A stretch of DNA of 64,000 bases from Promethearchaeota archaeon. GTDB taxonomy: Archaea; Asgardarchaeota; Lokiarchaeia; Sigyniarchaeales; SOKP01. The notes under the pieces were generated by a model, which was not told the origin of the DNA, did no database searches, and saw nothing but the letters and a program-made list of their open reading frames with translations. Position 1 is the first letter of the stretch; each line of letters begins with the position of its first letter. Positions 17,744 to 28,353 of this stretch are shown one piece after another. Location of the stretch: NCBI GenBank assembly GCA_048937405.1, contig JBHLNF010000002.1:64001-128000 (forward strand), read 5' to 3'. A program made the position numbers and the translations under genes.

Positions 17744-19676
17744 GAAAAGGTACCTCTTCTGCTAATAAATTTATTATAGATTTATGTATTGCCCCATTTG
17801 GACAAATTTGGTAGCATACACCACATTTTATGCATCTATCTTGGTCAATTTGCATTTCTTCTATACCATTTGTTTCAACTCTTCTGATGGCGGGACAGCT
17901 TAAAATCCTTGCACATTCATAACACAATTGGCAACCAGCAATAAAATACGAAACATCTTGCACTCTTTTTCCTTCTCTTTCTAACGTTCTAATTTGTTCC
18001 ATTCGCCACCTATGTGCTTGAAGGCCACATTCTCTTTTAACAATGATTACCTTAAAACCATCTGTTTCTAATGCGTCTTCAATGGATTTTACAAGTTTTT
18101 TAGGATTATATGAATCTTCTACTCTTAACCAAGAAACTCCAATTGCTTTACATATATCTTCGATAGAAAATCCTTTATTTAATAAATATCTGAGAACATC
18201 ATTTTGATGTCCTGTCATTGCTGTCCATGAGTTTTCAAAAATGATTAGCAATACATTTGAATTATAACCTACTGCTTCAGCTAAAGGAGGCATACCAGTA
18301 TGGAAGAATGTAGAATCTCCTATCATAGCAATCACCTTTTGATCGGTTTTAGTAGACATCCCTATAGCAGCACTAATTCCACCGGACATACAAATCACCA
18401 AATCACTACATTGCTGTGGCGGAAAAAATGACATTACATAACACCCTATATCTCCGCTAATTATAGTGTTTTCTAGATGATTGGTAGCTTTTAATATTGC
18501 ATATAATGTAGCTCTCTCGGGACATCCAGTACAGAATGTAGGAAATCTGCTAGGTATTATATCTTTATAAGAATTAAAGTAATCAATAGCTTTATTCATC
18601 TGCTCATTAGGTGATTTATTAAAAATCTTCGCTAGACTTGTTGCTACTAATCCTGTAGAAAATTCATTGTATTTTGGAAAGTATTTTTCTCCTATAATCT
18701 CTACCTTAATCTTATGATTGTGGGCAATCTCTGCAATTTTCATTTCCAAAAATGGTTCTAATTCTTCAATTATAACTACTTTCTCAAGTTTCTCTATAAA
18801 ATTCACGATTTCTCCATAATTTAAAGGATATATCATTCCAAGCTTAAAAACTGGTACGTCTTCTAGAGCCAATTGATTCAGAGCTTCCATTGTATAACCA
18901 AATGGCATTCCACTAGTAATAATTCCAATTTTATTCTCTCCAGGAATTATTTTATTTACCCCTAGGTTTGGGATCGCTTCTCGAAGTTTTTCAATTCGCT
19001 CGTATAAGCGAATGTGATTATTGATTGCATGAGGAGGGAGAGAATTAAATTTAGGAATATTTCTAATGAATTCACCTTTAGCAATTCCTTTTACTAAAGG
19101 TTCAAGTTTTACAAAACCTCTTGAGTGTGCACTTCTAGTACTCATTCGAAAATTCATGACTAAATCATATTTCTGTGACAGTTCAAATGCGAGTTTAATC
19201 CAATCCTTGCATTCCTGTGGAGTATGAGGTTCAAAAGTGGGAAGGTGCAACATCCATGCATAAAAACGCTCATTTTGTTCTTGATGTGATCCTAAAGAAC
19301 CTGGATCAGAGCCAATTGAAACAACCATTGCTCCTGGATTTGGTCCATTTAATGCAATTACACTTAAGGCATCACTAGCAACATTTAATCCTACGTGTTT
19401 CATGGGATTTAAACTTTTACATCCTGTCCAAGCGGCGCCAGCACAAGCAGATGTCGCAACTGCTTCATTGACAGCCCAGTGATGGACTAAATATTCCCTA
19501 AATTCAGGACTATCTCTTAATGCTTGATGAAAGTATTCTCCAATATCACTAGTGGGAGTACCAGGATATTGAGAGACGTAAGATACACCTGCTTCGAGGC
19601 ATCCCCTTACGAGAGCCTCATTTCCAAGCATTAATACTCTACCTTCTTCCTTAGAAAAACGAATATCTTTAATCAT
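17733..19676 (-). CDS. iorA: Indolepyruvate:ferredoxin oxidoreductase alpha subunit
   Basis: LGNEALVRG..YPGTP, NEAVA, MKHVGLNVASD, SDPG...EQ, FCTGCP.R, GDIGCY, IGDSTFFHTG (TPP), TAMTGHQ, C-terminal ferredoxin. Confidence 0.95.
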   Translation of the reverse strand: MIKDIRFSKEEGRVLMLGNEALVRGCLEAGVSYVSQYPGTPTSDIGEYFHQALRDSPEFREYLVHHWAVNEAVATSACAGAAWTGCKSLNPMKHVGLNVASDALSVIALNGPNPGAMVVSIGSDPGSLGSHQEQNERFYAWMLHLPTFEPHTPQECKDWIKLAFELSQKYDLVMNFRMSTRSAHSRGFVKLEPLVKGIAKGEFIRNIPKFNSLPPHAINNHIRLYERIEKLREAIPNLGVNKIIPGENKIGIITSGMPFGYTMEALNQLALEDVPVFKLGMIYPLNYGEIVNFIEKLEKVVIIEELEPFLEMKIAEIAHNHKIKVEIIGEKYFPKYNEFSTGLVATSLAKIFNKSPNEQMNKAIDYFNSYKDIIPSRFPTFCTGCPERATLYAILKATNHLENTIISGDIGCYVMSFFPPQQCSDLVICMSGGISAAIGMSTKTDQKVIAMIGDSTFFHTGMPPLAEAVGYNSNVLLIIFENSWTAMTGHQNDVLRYLLNKGFSIEDICKAIGVSWLRVEDSYNPKKLVKSIEDALETDGFKVIIVKRECGLQAHRWRMEQIRTLEREGKRVQDVSYFIAGCQLCYECARILSCPAIRRVETNGIEEMQIDQDRCIKCGVCYQICPNGAIHKSIINLLAEEVPFREI

Positions 19677-19981
19677 AAATCTTCTCGGAAATTATATTTT
19701 AAGAATTCTTTATGAAATTAACAATAAAAATTATGGCATAATTGTGAATAAGTCTTTAGAATATAATAGAATCTATCTATCCTTGGATTAAGAGAGAATA
19801 GAATTGGAGAAATTATTCATACTCCAATTAGGATTTTCCTTTACATAGTTGAAAATTATCCTTTTTAATCTTTTCCTTTTTGAAAAAGTTACATTTAATA
19901 ATTCAAAACAATAAATATAATGATTAATTTCAATAATTATTGAATACAATCAAAATTAATTTAGTAAGAATAGAGTAAAAA

Positions 19982-20647
19982 ATGACAATAATTACTACAA
20001 AAAAGCCCTTTGAAGAAATTTTAGGTGCCTTACAAAAGGTAAAAAAGATTGGAATTGTGTCTTGCGGTAGTTGTGCTGCAATGTGTCAAACTGGAGGGAC
20101 AGAGGGTGCAAAAGAAATGGCTGAGAAATTGGAGCAGGAAGGATTTGAAGTTGTTGTTACAATAGTACCCGAGGAAGTATGTGATAATAGAGTTATGATG
20201 AAGGATTTCCGACAAATTGATGAAGATTTAAAGAATATCGATGCGATCTTAACATTAAGCTGTGGTCTCGGAGTTGCGAGTATTACTAAAGTCTTAGAAA
20301 GGAAATATTCTCATATCCCTGTCTTTATTGGAACAAATACAGAGTTCATGGGGATGACAGAACGGATTGGTCGTTTTTACATGAGATGTCGTGGATGTGG
20401 TGCTTGCTTATTGAACGAAACAGGGGGAATCTGTCCAATTACAACTTGTGCTAAATCACTTATGAATGGTCCTTGTGGTGGAATGGTTAAAGGTAAATGT
20501 GAAGTCGGCAATTATGAAAAAGATTGTGGTTGGGTATTAATCTATAACCGTTTGAAAGAATTAGGACGATTAGATTTATATACAAAATTACGAGATCCAG
20601 TAGATTGGAGCGAATCTGGTCATCAGAGAGAGGTAGTATGGAGGTAA
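19982..20647 (+). CDS. metV: Methylenetetrahydrofolate reductase small subunit MetV (copy 2)
   Basis: CGSCAAMCQTGG, LSCGLG, CRGCGAC.LNETGGICPITTCAKSLMNGPCGG..GKCEV..DCGW. Confidence 0.9.
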   Translation: MTIITTKKPFEEILGALQKVKKIGIVSCGSCAAMCQTGGTEGAKEMAEKLEQEGFEVVVTIVPEEVCDNRVMMKDFRQIDEDLKNIDAILTLSCGLGVASITKVLERKYSHIPVFIGTNTEFMGMTERIGRFYMRCRGCGACLLNETGGICPITTCAKSLMNGPCGGMVKGKCEVGNYEKDCGWVLIYNRLKELGRLDLYTKLRDPVDWSESGHQREVVWR

Positions 20648-20652
20648 TTGGT

Positions 20653-21582
20653 ATGGCAGAAAAGAAAGTTTATTCAAAATTAGGTGATATGATAGCAAAA
20701 GGAGAATTTGTATTAACAGGTGAATTAGAACCTGAAAAGACCTGTGATCTCTCCCACACTATCCAGGAAGCTCGAGAAATGGCTCCATACGTAGTTGCTG
20801 CAAATGTGACAGATAGTCCTTTAGCAATTGTTACTATTAACTCAATGGCAGCTTCCCATATTATTCAAAGAGAAACTGGATTAGAATGTGTATGGCAATT
20901 GACAGTAAGAGATTGTAATAAAATAGGTATTGCTGGACAAATTATGGGTGCACAAGCATTAGGATTAAATAATATTCTCTCACTTACAGGTGATCATACA
21001 GCATTAGGGGATTGTCCAGAATCGAAGCCAGTATTTGATTTAGATTCGGCTACTTTGATTAAATTAATACGAGAAATGGTTGATAAAGGTTCCATTAATG
21101 GGCATGAAATCGAGCATCCACCAAAAATGCATGTCGGAGGTGCTGCAAATCCAAACGCTGATCCTATGGAAGCAGAAATCTTAAAAATAGGTCGAAAAGC
21201 AGAAGCAGGAGTAGAATTTATACAAACTCAAGTAGTTTATGATATTGATATGACAATTGAATTTTTAAGAGAAATAAAAAAATATAATGTTCCTGTATTT
21301 CTAGGAATTTTCCCAATGAAGTCTTATGGAATAGCTAAAGGATTTGATACATTTGTTCCAGGTGTTGATGTACCAAAAGATATTCTTGAAAGATGGAAAC
21401 GAGTTAAAACTGACGTTACTGATAAGAAAGAGCAAAAAGATACCTATGACCAATTAAATTATGAATTTTTTAAACCTTTCATAACTGAATTAAAATCTAA
21501 AGGTTTACTTTCGGGCGTTCATTGTATGGCTGTTCACTACACCAGAATTTTTCCAAAGTTAGTTGAAGTAGTTAAAGGTTAA
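20653..21582 (+). CDS. metF: Methylenetetrahydrofolate reductase MetF (copy 2); start set at ATG 20653
   Basis: Paralog of 2239-3177 (TGELEPEK, ANVTD, QLTVRD, LTGDH, FIQTQ, GVHCMAVHY); GGAGGT SD before 20653. Confidence 0.9.
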   Translation: MAEKKVYSKLGDMIAKGEFVLTGELEPEKTCDLSHTIQEAREMAPYVVAANVTDSPLAIVTINSMAASHIIQRETGLECVWQLTVRDCNKIGIAGQIMGAQALGLNNILSLTGDHTALGDCPESKPVFDLDSATLIKLIREMVDKGSINGHEIEHPPKMHVGGAANPNADPMEAEILKIGRKAEAGVEFIQTQVVYDIDMTIEFLREIKKYNVPVFLGIFPMKSYGIAKGFDTFVPGVDVPKDILERWKRVKTDVTDKKEQKDTYDQLNYEFFKPFITELKSKGLLSGVHCMAVHYTRIFPKLVEVVKG

Positions 21583-21722
21583 AACATACAAGGAAAAATC
21601 ATCTTTTTTTTTATCTTTATCTTTTATTTCAAAGAGTCAAACTGAAAAATATTAAGTCAAAATTATTAATAAGGCGCAATTATTAATCCAAATAAATTAA
21701 TTCTTGGAGGTAAGAAATAATT

Positions 21723-22148
21723 ATGTCTAAAGAAATTCAGGAGTATATGAAAAACCGTTTGGGATATAATGATGAAGAAATGAAAATTTTTATGGAAAAT
21801 CCAAAGAATATAGAAATTCTTAAGAAGGGTCCCAATCTAGTTAATAAGACAATTGTAATAGAAGTTGTCGAGTCGCATGGCTGTAACGTCCAACATAAAG
21901 TTGGAGATAAGTTTTATTTTAATGGTTTTGGAACTTTACTGACAAAACTATGTCCAAAAGAAATTTGCATGTCTGCCTTATGCGCAGCAGAGAATTTAGT
22001 ATACGCTGCTTCCATGCTTATGCTTGCAGATAAAGATCCAGATGAAATGCTCTTAAATAGAGTAGGTTGTCCCGATGTGGGATTAAAATGTGGCGGTTGG
22101 GGCAATATTGTTATGGAAATGAAAGTAATAGATCGTAAAGATATTTAA
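21723..22148 (+). CDS. TIGR04076-like small Cys-containing protein
   Basis: IEVVES.GC...HKVGDKF...CxxA...GCPD...VMEM pattern; GGAGGT SD. Confidence 0.6.
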   Translation: MSKEIQEYMKNRLGYNDEEMKIFMENPKNIEILKKGPNLVNKTIVIEVVESHGCNVQHKVGDKFYFNGFGTLLTKLCPKEICMSALCAAENLVYAASMLMLADKDPDEMLLNRVGCPDVGLKCGGWGNIVMEMKVIDRKDI

Positions 22149-22175
22149 TTACTGATTATTTAATTTTGTTTATTT

Positions 22176-23264
22176 TTATATTTTTATAGCTTTACCAACC
22201 TTTAAGTCAGTATAAGCCTTTTTAAATGTATCCTTGAATGCATTGATACTTTCCACACTACTATCATGGGGTGAAAGTGCAACTAATTTAGGATTCCTAG
22301 CTTTTAGATAATCTAATGCATTACTCAAATCATCTTTTTGCCAAGGCTCCCATGGTGGCCTTTTTGTCATTATAAATTTATGTATGGGCAATCCTGACCA
22401 AATATTTTCTTCGCTTGGAAATCTTGGTATAGGTAAATGTAATCCTCCAATAATTCCATAAATAGGTGTATCGAATAGTAATTCAACACGATCTATTAAC
22501 TTTTTTACTCCTTGATGCCCACAACCTACAATTACTACAATACCTTTTCCCTCAACATTTACTGCCATAGCTTGTTCATAAATATCTTTAAAAAAGAACA
22601 AAGGATTATGTATAGGACCGATTGAAGCTATTCCCTTCGTTATAACCTCTGGACCTTTCACATGACTTAACTTAGCCGTGGGATGCGTCATTTCAACTGG
22701 AGTAAAAGCTTTCACATGGCTTAGGTTTGATTGAATATCTGAAAGTGAAAATGTATTCTGCTGAGCCCATTTTAACCCTCCTACATGATCACCATGTAAG
22801 TGTGAAATAAAAATATATTTTATTTCATCTATACTGATACCTAATGCCTCCATATTTTTCAGAAGGGGTGAAGGGTGCTTTCTATTCGGATTTAAACCAG
22901 TATCATATAAAATACAAATATCATCTGCTTTAATATAATAGGAAACTCCATTTTCAGTAAATAAATTGTTTTCAGCGTGATAGTCAATAAGAGGAATTAT
23001 TTCCAAATTTTTAACAGCACCCATATCATCCAATTTATTGAACTTAGCATTAATCCAATCATTTTCGATTATTTGTGTATTCTTTTCAAACCTTTTATTC
23101 AGTATAATTAAGTTGAAAAGTGGAAGAGACATTTGGAAAGCTCGCGTTAGTTCCCTTTCGGAAAGTTTTTCACCATCAATTATTTTCGATATAATTTCTC
23201 GGTCCTTAATTAAAGGATATTGTTTGATCAATGCTTTGATTTCTTCTAGTTTAATAAAACTCAC
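22176..23264 (-). CDS. Metallo-beta-lactamase fold hydrolase (MJ0301-like subfamily)
   Basis: TENGVSY.I, ILYDTG, ISHLHGDHVGG, EQAM, VGCGH.G, IIGGLH motifs. Confidence 0.85.
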   Translation of the reverse strand: MSFIKLEEIKALIKQYPLIKDREIISKIIDGEKLSERELTRAFQMSLPLFNLIILNKRFEKNTQIIENDWINAKFNKLDDMGAVKNLEIIPLIDYHAENNLFTENGVSYYIKADDICILYDTGLNPNRKHPSPLLKNMEALGISIDEIKYIFISHLHGDHVGGLKWAQQNTFSLSDIQSNLSHVKAFTPVEMTHPTAKLSHVKGPEVITKGIASIGPIHNPLFFFKDIYEQAMAVNVEGKGIVVIVGCGHQGVKKLIDRVELLFDTPIYGIIGGLHLPIPRFPSEENIWSGLPIHKFIMTKRPPWEPWQKDDLSNALDYLKARNPKLVALSPHDSSVESINAFKDTFKKAYTDLKVGKAIKI

Positions 23265-23387
23265 TTTTTTATCCCAATTTTATATTTTAGTTTAATTTAA
23301 TATTTTTTCAAACTTTTTTATTTCTTATTATAGTTAAAAATTCATTCACATGTTAGATTTAAAAATTAAATAATTAAAAAACCTCCT

Positions 23388-24113
23388 TTGGGTGTTATAT
23401 TTTTGAGTTCAAGACAAGAAGAACATATAGTCGGAGGAGGTAAGATTCGTTGTGTTATTTTAGGACTAAATGATGGTTTAATATCAACATTTACTCTATT
23501 AGTTGGAGTAGCAGCAGCTACCTTGGCAGCAACAGGCGGTAATTCCATTGTAATATTGACGGGTTTTGCTGCGATGGTTTCAGGAGCCATAAGTATGGGT
23601 CTTGGTGAGTATATTTCAAGTAAATCTGAATATAATTATATTAAAAATGAATTAAAAAAAGAGAAAGCAGAATTGGAATTATTCCCAGAAGAAGAAGCAG
23701 AGGAAGTAAGGGAGATTTTTGAAAAAATGGGGCTAAAAGGAGAGACTCTTAGTGCTTGTGTAGATACAATTACTTCGGATAAACAAGTTTGGTTAGACTT
23801 TTTAACTAAAAGTGAGTTGGGATTAGAACAACCAGAAAATCCTATTTTAGGGGCTATATTAACATTTTTTTCATTTGTGTCTGGTTCATTTTTAACATTA
23901 TTTGCATATTTTTTTAACTTAGGTATAATTTCGCTGGTATTATCCTCAATGATATCTTTTACAATGTTATTTATTGTAGGAGTTCTAAAGACTAGAATTA
24001 CGGGAGAAAATAAAATTAGAAGTGGATTAGAGATGGTTATTATTGGAATCGTTGCGTTTATAGCATCATACGGAATAGGTACAATACTTGAGCAATTAAT
24101 ATCTGTAGCCTAA
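23388..24113 (+). CDS. VIT1/CCC1 family iron/manganese transporter; likely start TTG 23403
   Basis: ILGLNDGL, SGAISMGLGEYIS.KSE, acidic cytoplasmic loop, ELGL..P.NP. Confidence 0.92.
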   Translation: MGVIFLSSRQEEHIVGGGKIRCVILGLNDGLISTFTLLVGVAAATLAATGGNSIVILTGFAAMVSGAISMGLGEYISSKSEYNYIKNELKKEKAELELFPEEEAEEVREIFEKMGLKGETLSACVDTITSDKQVWLDFLTKSELGLEQPENPILGAILTFFSFVSGSFLTLFAYFFNLGIISLVLSSMISFTMLFIVGVLKTRITGENKIRSGLEMVIIGIVAFIASYGIGTILEQLISVA

Positions 24114-24128
24114 ATAAAAAAATTAAGT

Positions 24129-24695
24129 TTAGTATTCTTTAAAGAATTTTTGACTATGTTCGCATATTGGGCAAATTGAGGGAGGTACTTCAAATTCCAC
24201 ATTTCCACAGATCTGACATACAAAAATTTTCAATTTTTCAAAAGACTTATTATTCTCTAATAATTTTAAGTACATTGAAAACAATTTAGCATGTATTTTC
24301 TCAGCCTTTCTTGCTAATGAAAAGGACAATTCAGTAACTTCACTTCCCTCTTTTTTAGAATTTTTTATAAAGTTTTTATACATTTTCTTAGTTTCATAAG
24401 TTTCTCCATTAATAGCATCAATTAAATTTGCCTTTGTATCTTTAATTTGGTCTTTTAAATTGGTTTCATTCACTTCGATGAAATTTTCTATGTTAACATC
24501 TGTATCAGTAAGAACTTTCAAAGCTCTTGTATGGTTTTTAATATGAATTGCTTCTGCAGCTGAAATGGCTTCAAATAAATGAGCAACCTCCGGAAGATTT
24601 TCTTCTCTTGCTTTTTCAGCATATAATTCATATTTTCTTTTAGCATTACTTTCTCCGTTAATAGCTTCTTTTAAATTTTGAATAACGATTGACAT
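24129..24695 (-). CDS. rbr: Rubrerythrin
   Basis: NLKEAINGESNA..KY, AEAIH, GETYE...MY, AEKIH diiron ligands; C-terminal rubredoxin-like CQICG..CPIC. Confidence 0.93.
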   Translation of the reverse strand: MSIVIQNLKEAINGESNAKRKYELYAEKAREENLPEVAHLFEAISAAEAIHIKNHTRALKVLTDTDVNIENFIEVNETNLKDQIKDTKANLIDAINGETYETKKMYKNFIKNSKKEGSEVTELSFSLARKAEKIHAKLFSMYLKLLENNKSFEKLKIFVCQICGNVEFEVPPSICPICEHSQKFFKEY

Positions 24696-25124
24696 TTTAA
24701 TTAATTCAAATAGTTAATATTTATTATTTTGATGATTTAGGAATTTACACTATTCTATATTATTTTTTCCTTAATATAGTAAAAAAATTAGAAAATATTA
24801 TTGAAAAATTATAATGTTAGAATTTCATCCAAAATTATTTACTTTTTTTCGGTAAAAACATTCCTACCCGTTTTCTATATTCTATATAAGATTCTCCATA
24901 TCTTAAAATCAAAACTTTTTCTTCCTCTTTACAAAAACATAAAAATATAGGAAACTAAACTATAGAATATAGAAATAGAAATGTAGAATTTAACAGTAAA
25001 GCAACTATACCCCTTTTTTTTTCTAATTTTGCTGGTGCAATACTTAAAAAAAAAAAGCCATCAATAGTGTTGAGATAATTAATATTAAGAAATTAATCAA
25101 TTCTATCATACAATCTTCTAAAAG

Positions 25125-26147
25125 CTAACTGTAATATAATAATTTTCCATTTTTCTTAACACTCTTAACTTTCTCTTGAGCTTGTAGATAAAAAAGATGA
25201 CCTAAAACTTCGCTTAGTGCCATATATGAATTCATTTCATCTAGATCCTCTCCAAAGTGGATTTGAGATATTTCATATGCTGTCAATGGTTTATCTTTAA
25301 TTACACTTGAAATTTCACTCAATCTCCTTTTATGATGATCTTTTATCTGTAATATTCTTTCGTGAGGATTAAAAATGATATCTTGATGGGCAGGTAAAAT
25401 AATCTTAGGATTTAACTTATCTATCTTATCTAATGATTCTAAGTAGTATTTTAATATATTTTCAAAATCATAGTCTTTATATTGTTCTGCTAAGTAATCA
25501 GGTATTAAATAATTTCCAATATGAGGTGTAATTCTGCTAAGAATATGATCCCCCGAGAATAGAATTTGTTTTTGTCTATCATAAATACAAATATGACCAA
25601 AACTATGACCAGGGGTCCAAATAATTTCTAATCTATCGAATATTAAATCTCCATCATGTATAATAATATCCGGTTTTTGATATTCTAAGAATCTTGGCCA
25701 AAAAGTAAAAAAATATACTATTCTATCCCCTTGTTTTTCACTCATTCCATATTTTATTAGTTGTTTTACTTCTTCTTTTGCTTTGTTTTCAATAATTTTT
25801 AAATTATTCTTGGAAGTTTCCCATTTCAATAGTTCATGAGTTATGTCGTGCATTAAGATTTTAAGGTTAGGATTCTTTTTTTTGAGAATTCGGATTAGTC
25901 CTATATGGTCAGTATGTAAATGAGTAATAATGCAGTAGTCAATATTTTGTATAGATGTATTTAATTCTTCGAAAGCTGCAAATAAATTATTCTTCCAATT
26001 TCCCATATTCAAACCAGAATCAATTAATATATTTTTTCCATTTACCTTAAACAGATAAACACAAACATATTTAACGGGAAAAGGAACATCTATTTTAATC
26101 TGATTGATGCCATCAATTTCTTTTAATTCAAATTTAGAACTAGACAA
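25125..26147 (-). CDS. Metallo-beta-lactamase fold hydrolase with C-terminal winged helix
   Basis: LIDSG, THLHTDH, TPGHSFGH, FSGDH, LPAH; C-terminal LTAYEIS..HL.YL. Confidence 0.88.
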   Translation of the reverse strand: MSSSKFELKEIDGINQIKIDVPFPVKYVCVYLFKVNGKNILIDSGLNMGNWKNNLFAAFEELNTSIQNIDYCIITHLHTDHIGLIRILKKKNPNLKILMHDITHELLKWETSKNNLKIIENKAKEEVKQLIKYGMSEKQGDRIVYFFTFWPRFLEYQKPDIIIHDGDLIFDRLEIIWTPGHSFGHICIYDRQKQILFSGDHILSRITPHIGNYLIPDYLAEQYKDYDFENILKYYLESLDKIDKLNPKIILPAHQDIIFNPHERILQIKDHHKRRLSEISSVIKDKPLTAYEISQIHFGEDLDEMNSYMALSEVLGHLFYLQAQEKVKSVKKNGKLLYYS

Positions 26148-26275
26148 AATTATTACTACTAATATCTTTATTAATTAGAAAAAATTTTGAGAATTTTTGT
26201 ACTTTCTGAATTTTAAATTATACAATAATTTGATTTAAAATTAATAATTAAAAGTTCAAAAGAAAAGATTTAGGA

Positions 26276-27055
26276 TTAAAATTTGGTTTTTTTCTGAAAT
26301 ACCATGATACCAAGGAGTATGAAGAAGAAGGCAAATGCAACAATAATTAACAAACCACTCCATATTGGGAATACAGTTGCTTTAGCGGTTATTCCTATTA
26401 ATGAACCATTATATAGAACATCGTCTAATCCATCTCCCAGCACAGTTATTTGAAGATATAATTGTTTAGCCCAAAATGGTGGTGTGAAAAAAACTATAGG
26501 ACTTTCAAAAGGGACGAATGAACCAGAAAGAAATAGCATTGGCATATAGTAAAAAATTGCCATAGCGTTGGCAACTTCAGGATTCTTCGCTATACCAGAG
26601 ATAATAATACCAATTCCAACTGATGAAATACCAAATAGAACTGCAATAAAGAATCCGATTACTAATTCAAAAATTCCTTTATATGGAATTTGAAGTATAC
26701 CATATCCTAAGATGAACATAATTAGAATTTGAAGTGAGACCAGAAAAGTTTCCGATAATAAAGCTCCAAAAAATAAATTTTTTCTGCCAGTAGGCATTGT
26801 ATCTAATCGTTCTAGCATTCCAGAAGATTTGTCTACTGAAAATGATATAGCAGAACTAGTCGTACTTGCTGCTACCGCATATACTATCATTCCGGGGAAA
26901 CTAAATTGGAAATCTTCACCTCCAAAAAGAAAATAAAACATTACCGTAAACATAACAGCAAATCCAAGAGAAAAAACTAAATATTCCCAATGACGGGTTT
27001 TATCTTTAATATTTTTAATCATTATTTGGATTGCTTTATTTTCTAACAAATTCAT
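26276..27055 (-). CDS. ABC-2 type exporter permease
   Basis: Six TM segments, DKSSGMLERL.TMP and FLSG.FVP motifs; adjacent to ATPase. Confidence 0.88.
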   Translation of the reverse strand: MNLLENKAIQIMIKNIKDKTRHWEYLVFSLGFAVMFTVMFYFLFGGEDFQFSFPGMIVYAVAASTTSSAISFSVDKSSGMLERLDTMPTGRKNLFFGALLSETFLVSLQILIMFILGYGILQIPYKGIFELVIGFFIAVLFGISSVGIGIIISGIAKNPEVANAMAIFYYMPMLFLSGSFVPFESPIVFFTPPFWAKQLYLQITVLGDGLDDVLYNGSLIGITAKATVFPIWSGLLIIVAFAFFFILLGIMVFQKKTKF

Positions 27056-27056
27056 T

Positions 27057-28028
27057 TTAATCTCTCAACCTCCTTCCCGTTAAGTTTAGAAACACATCTT
27101 CAAGTGCGTTTTGTCTAAACTTCATATTTTCAACCTCATCTATGTTTTCAATAAGTCCTTGTTGTAAAAGTTTTACAAGATTTTTCAGACCACCCTGAAA
27201 AGAAATAAATAATGATTTTTTATCCTTTCGGAGAATTTCACTCGAATTAGTAACAAATGGAATGTTTTCTATATTATTTTTTACTACTTCAAGATCTTCT
27301 CTGTCAATGAAAGAGACTTCTAATACATTATCACTCCCATATTTCTCTTTCAATTCAGTTGGAGTTCCCACAGCAATTATCTTACCTTGATCTATAATTG
27401 CGACACGATCACTTAAAGAATCCGCCTCAACCATATCATGTGTCATAAGTATAATTGTAACATCCTTATTTTTTAAATCTCTAATAAAATCCCAAACCAA
27501 TCTTCTTGCTTGAGGATCAAGACCCGCTGTGGGTTCATCAAGAAATAGAATTTCTGGTTCGAAGATTAATGCCATTGCAAGATTTAAACGTCTTTTCATA
27601 CCACCTGAGAAGTGTTTTGACCAATCTTTCCTTCCCGCTATACCAAATTCTTCTAGAAGCTTAGTAGTTTTTTCTTTTGCTTCTCTACGAGGAACTCCAT
27701 GCATAGCAGCCACGAACTCAACATTTTCTTCGGCCCTTAAGACATCATAAATTGTAATATCTTGTGGACAAACACCAATTTTCTTGACAATTTCCTTTTT
27801 ACTAGTTAGAATACTATATCCATTAATATTAGCATACCCAGCAGTAGGAGTTAAAACAGTGGTTAACATGCGTACTAATGTAGTTTTTCCTGCACCATTC
27901 GGACCAAGAATGCTAAACAATTCACCTTTATTAATCTTTAAGGATACGCCATCAACTGCTTTAACCTCTTTAAAATACTTCTTAAGATCCTTGATTTCAA
28001 TCGCAATATAATCTGTACTTACACTCAT
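27057..28028 (-). CDS. ABC exporter ATP-binding protein (DrrA-like)
   Basis: GPNGAGKTT, FSGGMKRR, LFLDEPTAGLDP, THDM.EA. Confidence 0.95.
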   Translation of the reverse strand: MSVSTDYIAIEIKDLKKYFKEVKAVDGVSLKINKGELFSILGPNGAGKTTLVRMLTTVLTPTAGYANINGYSILTSKKEIVKKIGVCPQDITIYDVLRAEENVEFVAAMHGVPRREAKEKTTKLLEEFGIAGRKDWSKHFSGGMKRRLNLAMALIFEPEILFLDEPTAGLDPQARRLVWDFIRDLKNKDVTIILMTHDMVEADSLSDRVAIIDQGKIIAVGTPTELKEKYGSDNVLEVSFIDREDLEVVKNNIENIPFVTNSSEILRKDKKSLFISFQGGLKNLVKLLQQGLIENIDEVENMKFRQNALEDVFLNLTGRRLRD

Positions 28029-28353
28029 TATTACAAATTAAATATTTTATTTAGTTTCTATTTTTATGAAAATCAATAATTTGATATAACTTTATTATTT
28101 AAAAAGAAGGGAGTCCAGATTTTAATTTTTATCTGAACATGCTCTTATCTTTTTTATTTACCAATTAAATATTAGAAAATTAAATATTAGAATATGGATA
28201 CTTAAGAGAGTGGTGTTTCAGTAATTTTTTTTTACCAAATTTAAAATTGAAAATAATAACTTAATTTCTATTTAATACACTATTATTCAAATTAATACTA
28301 ATTTAAATACAACCTCTTTTTCTAAATATAATATCATTATAACACAAATTTAA

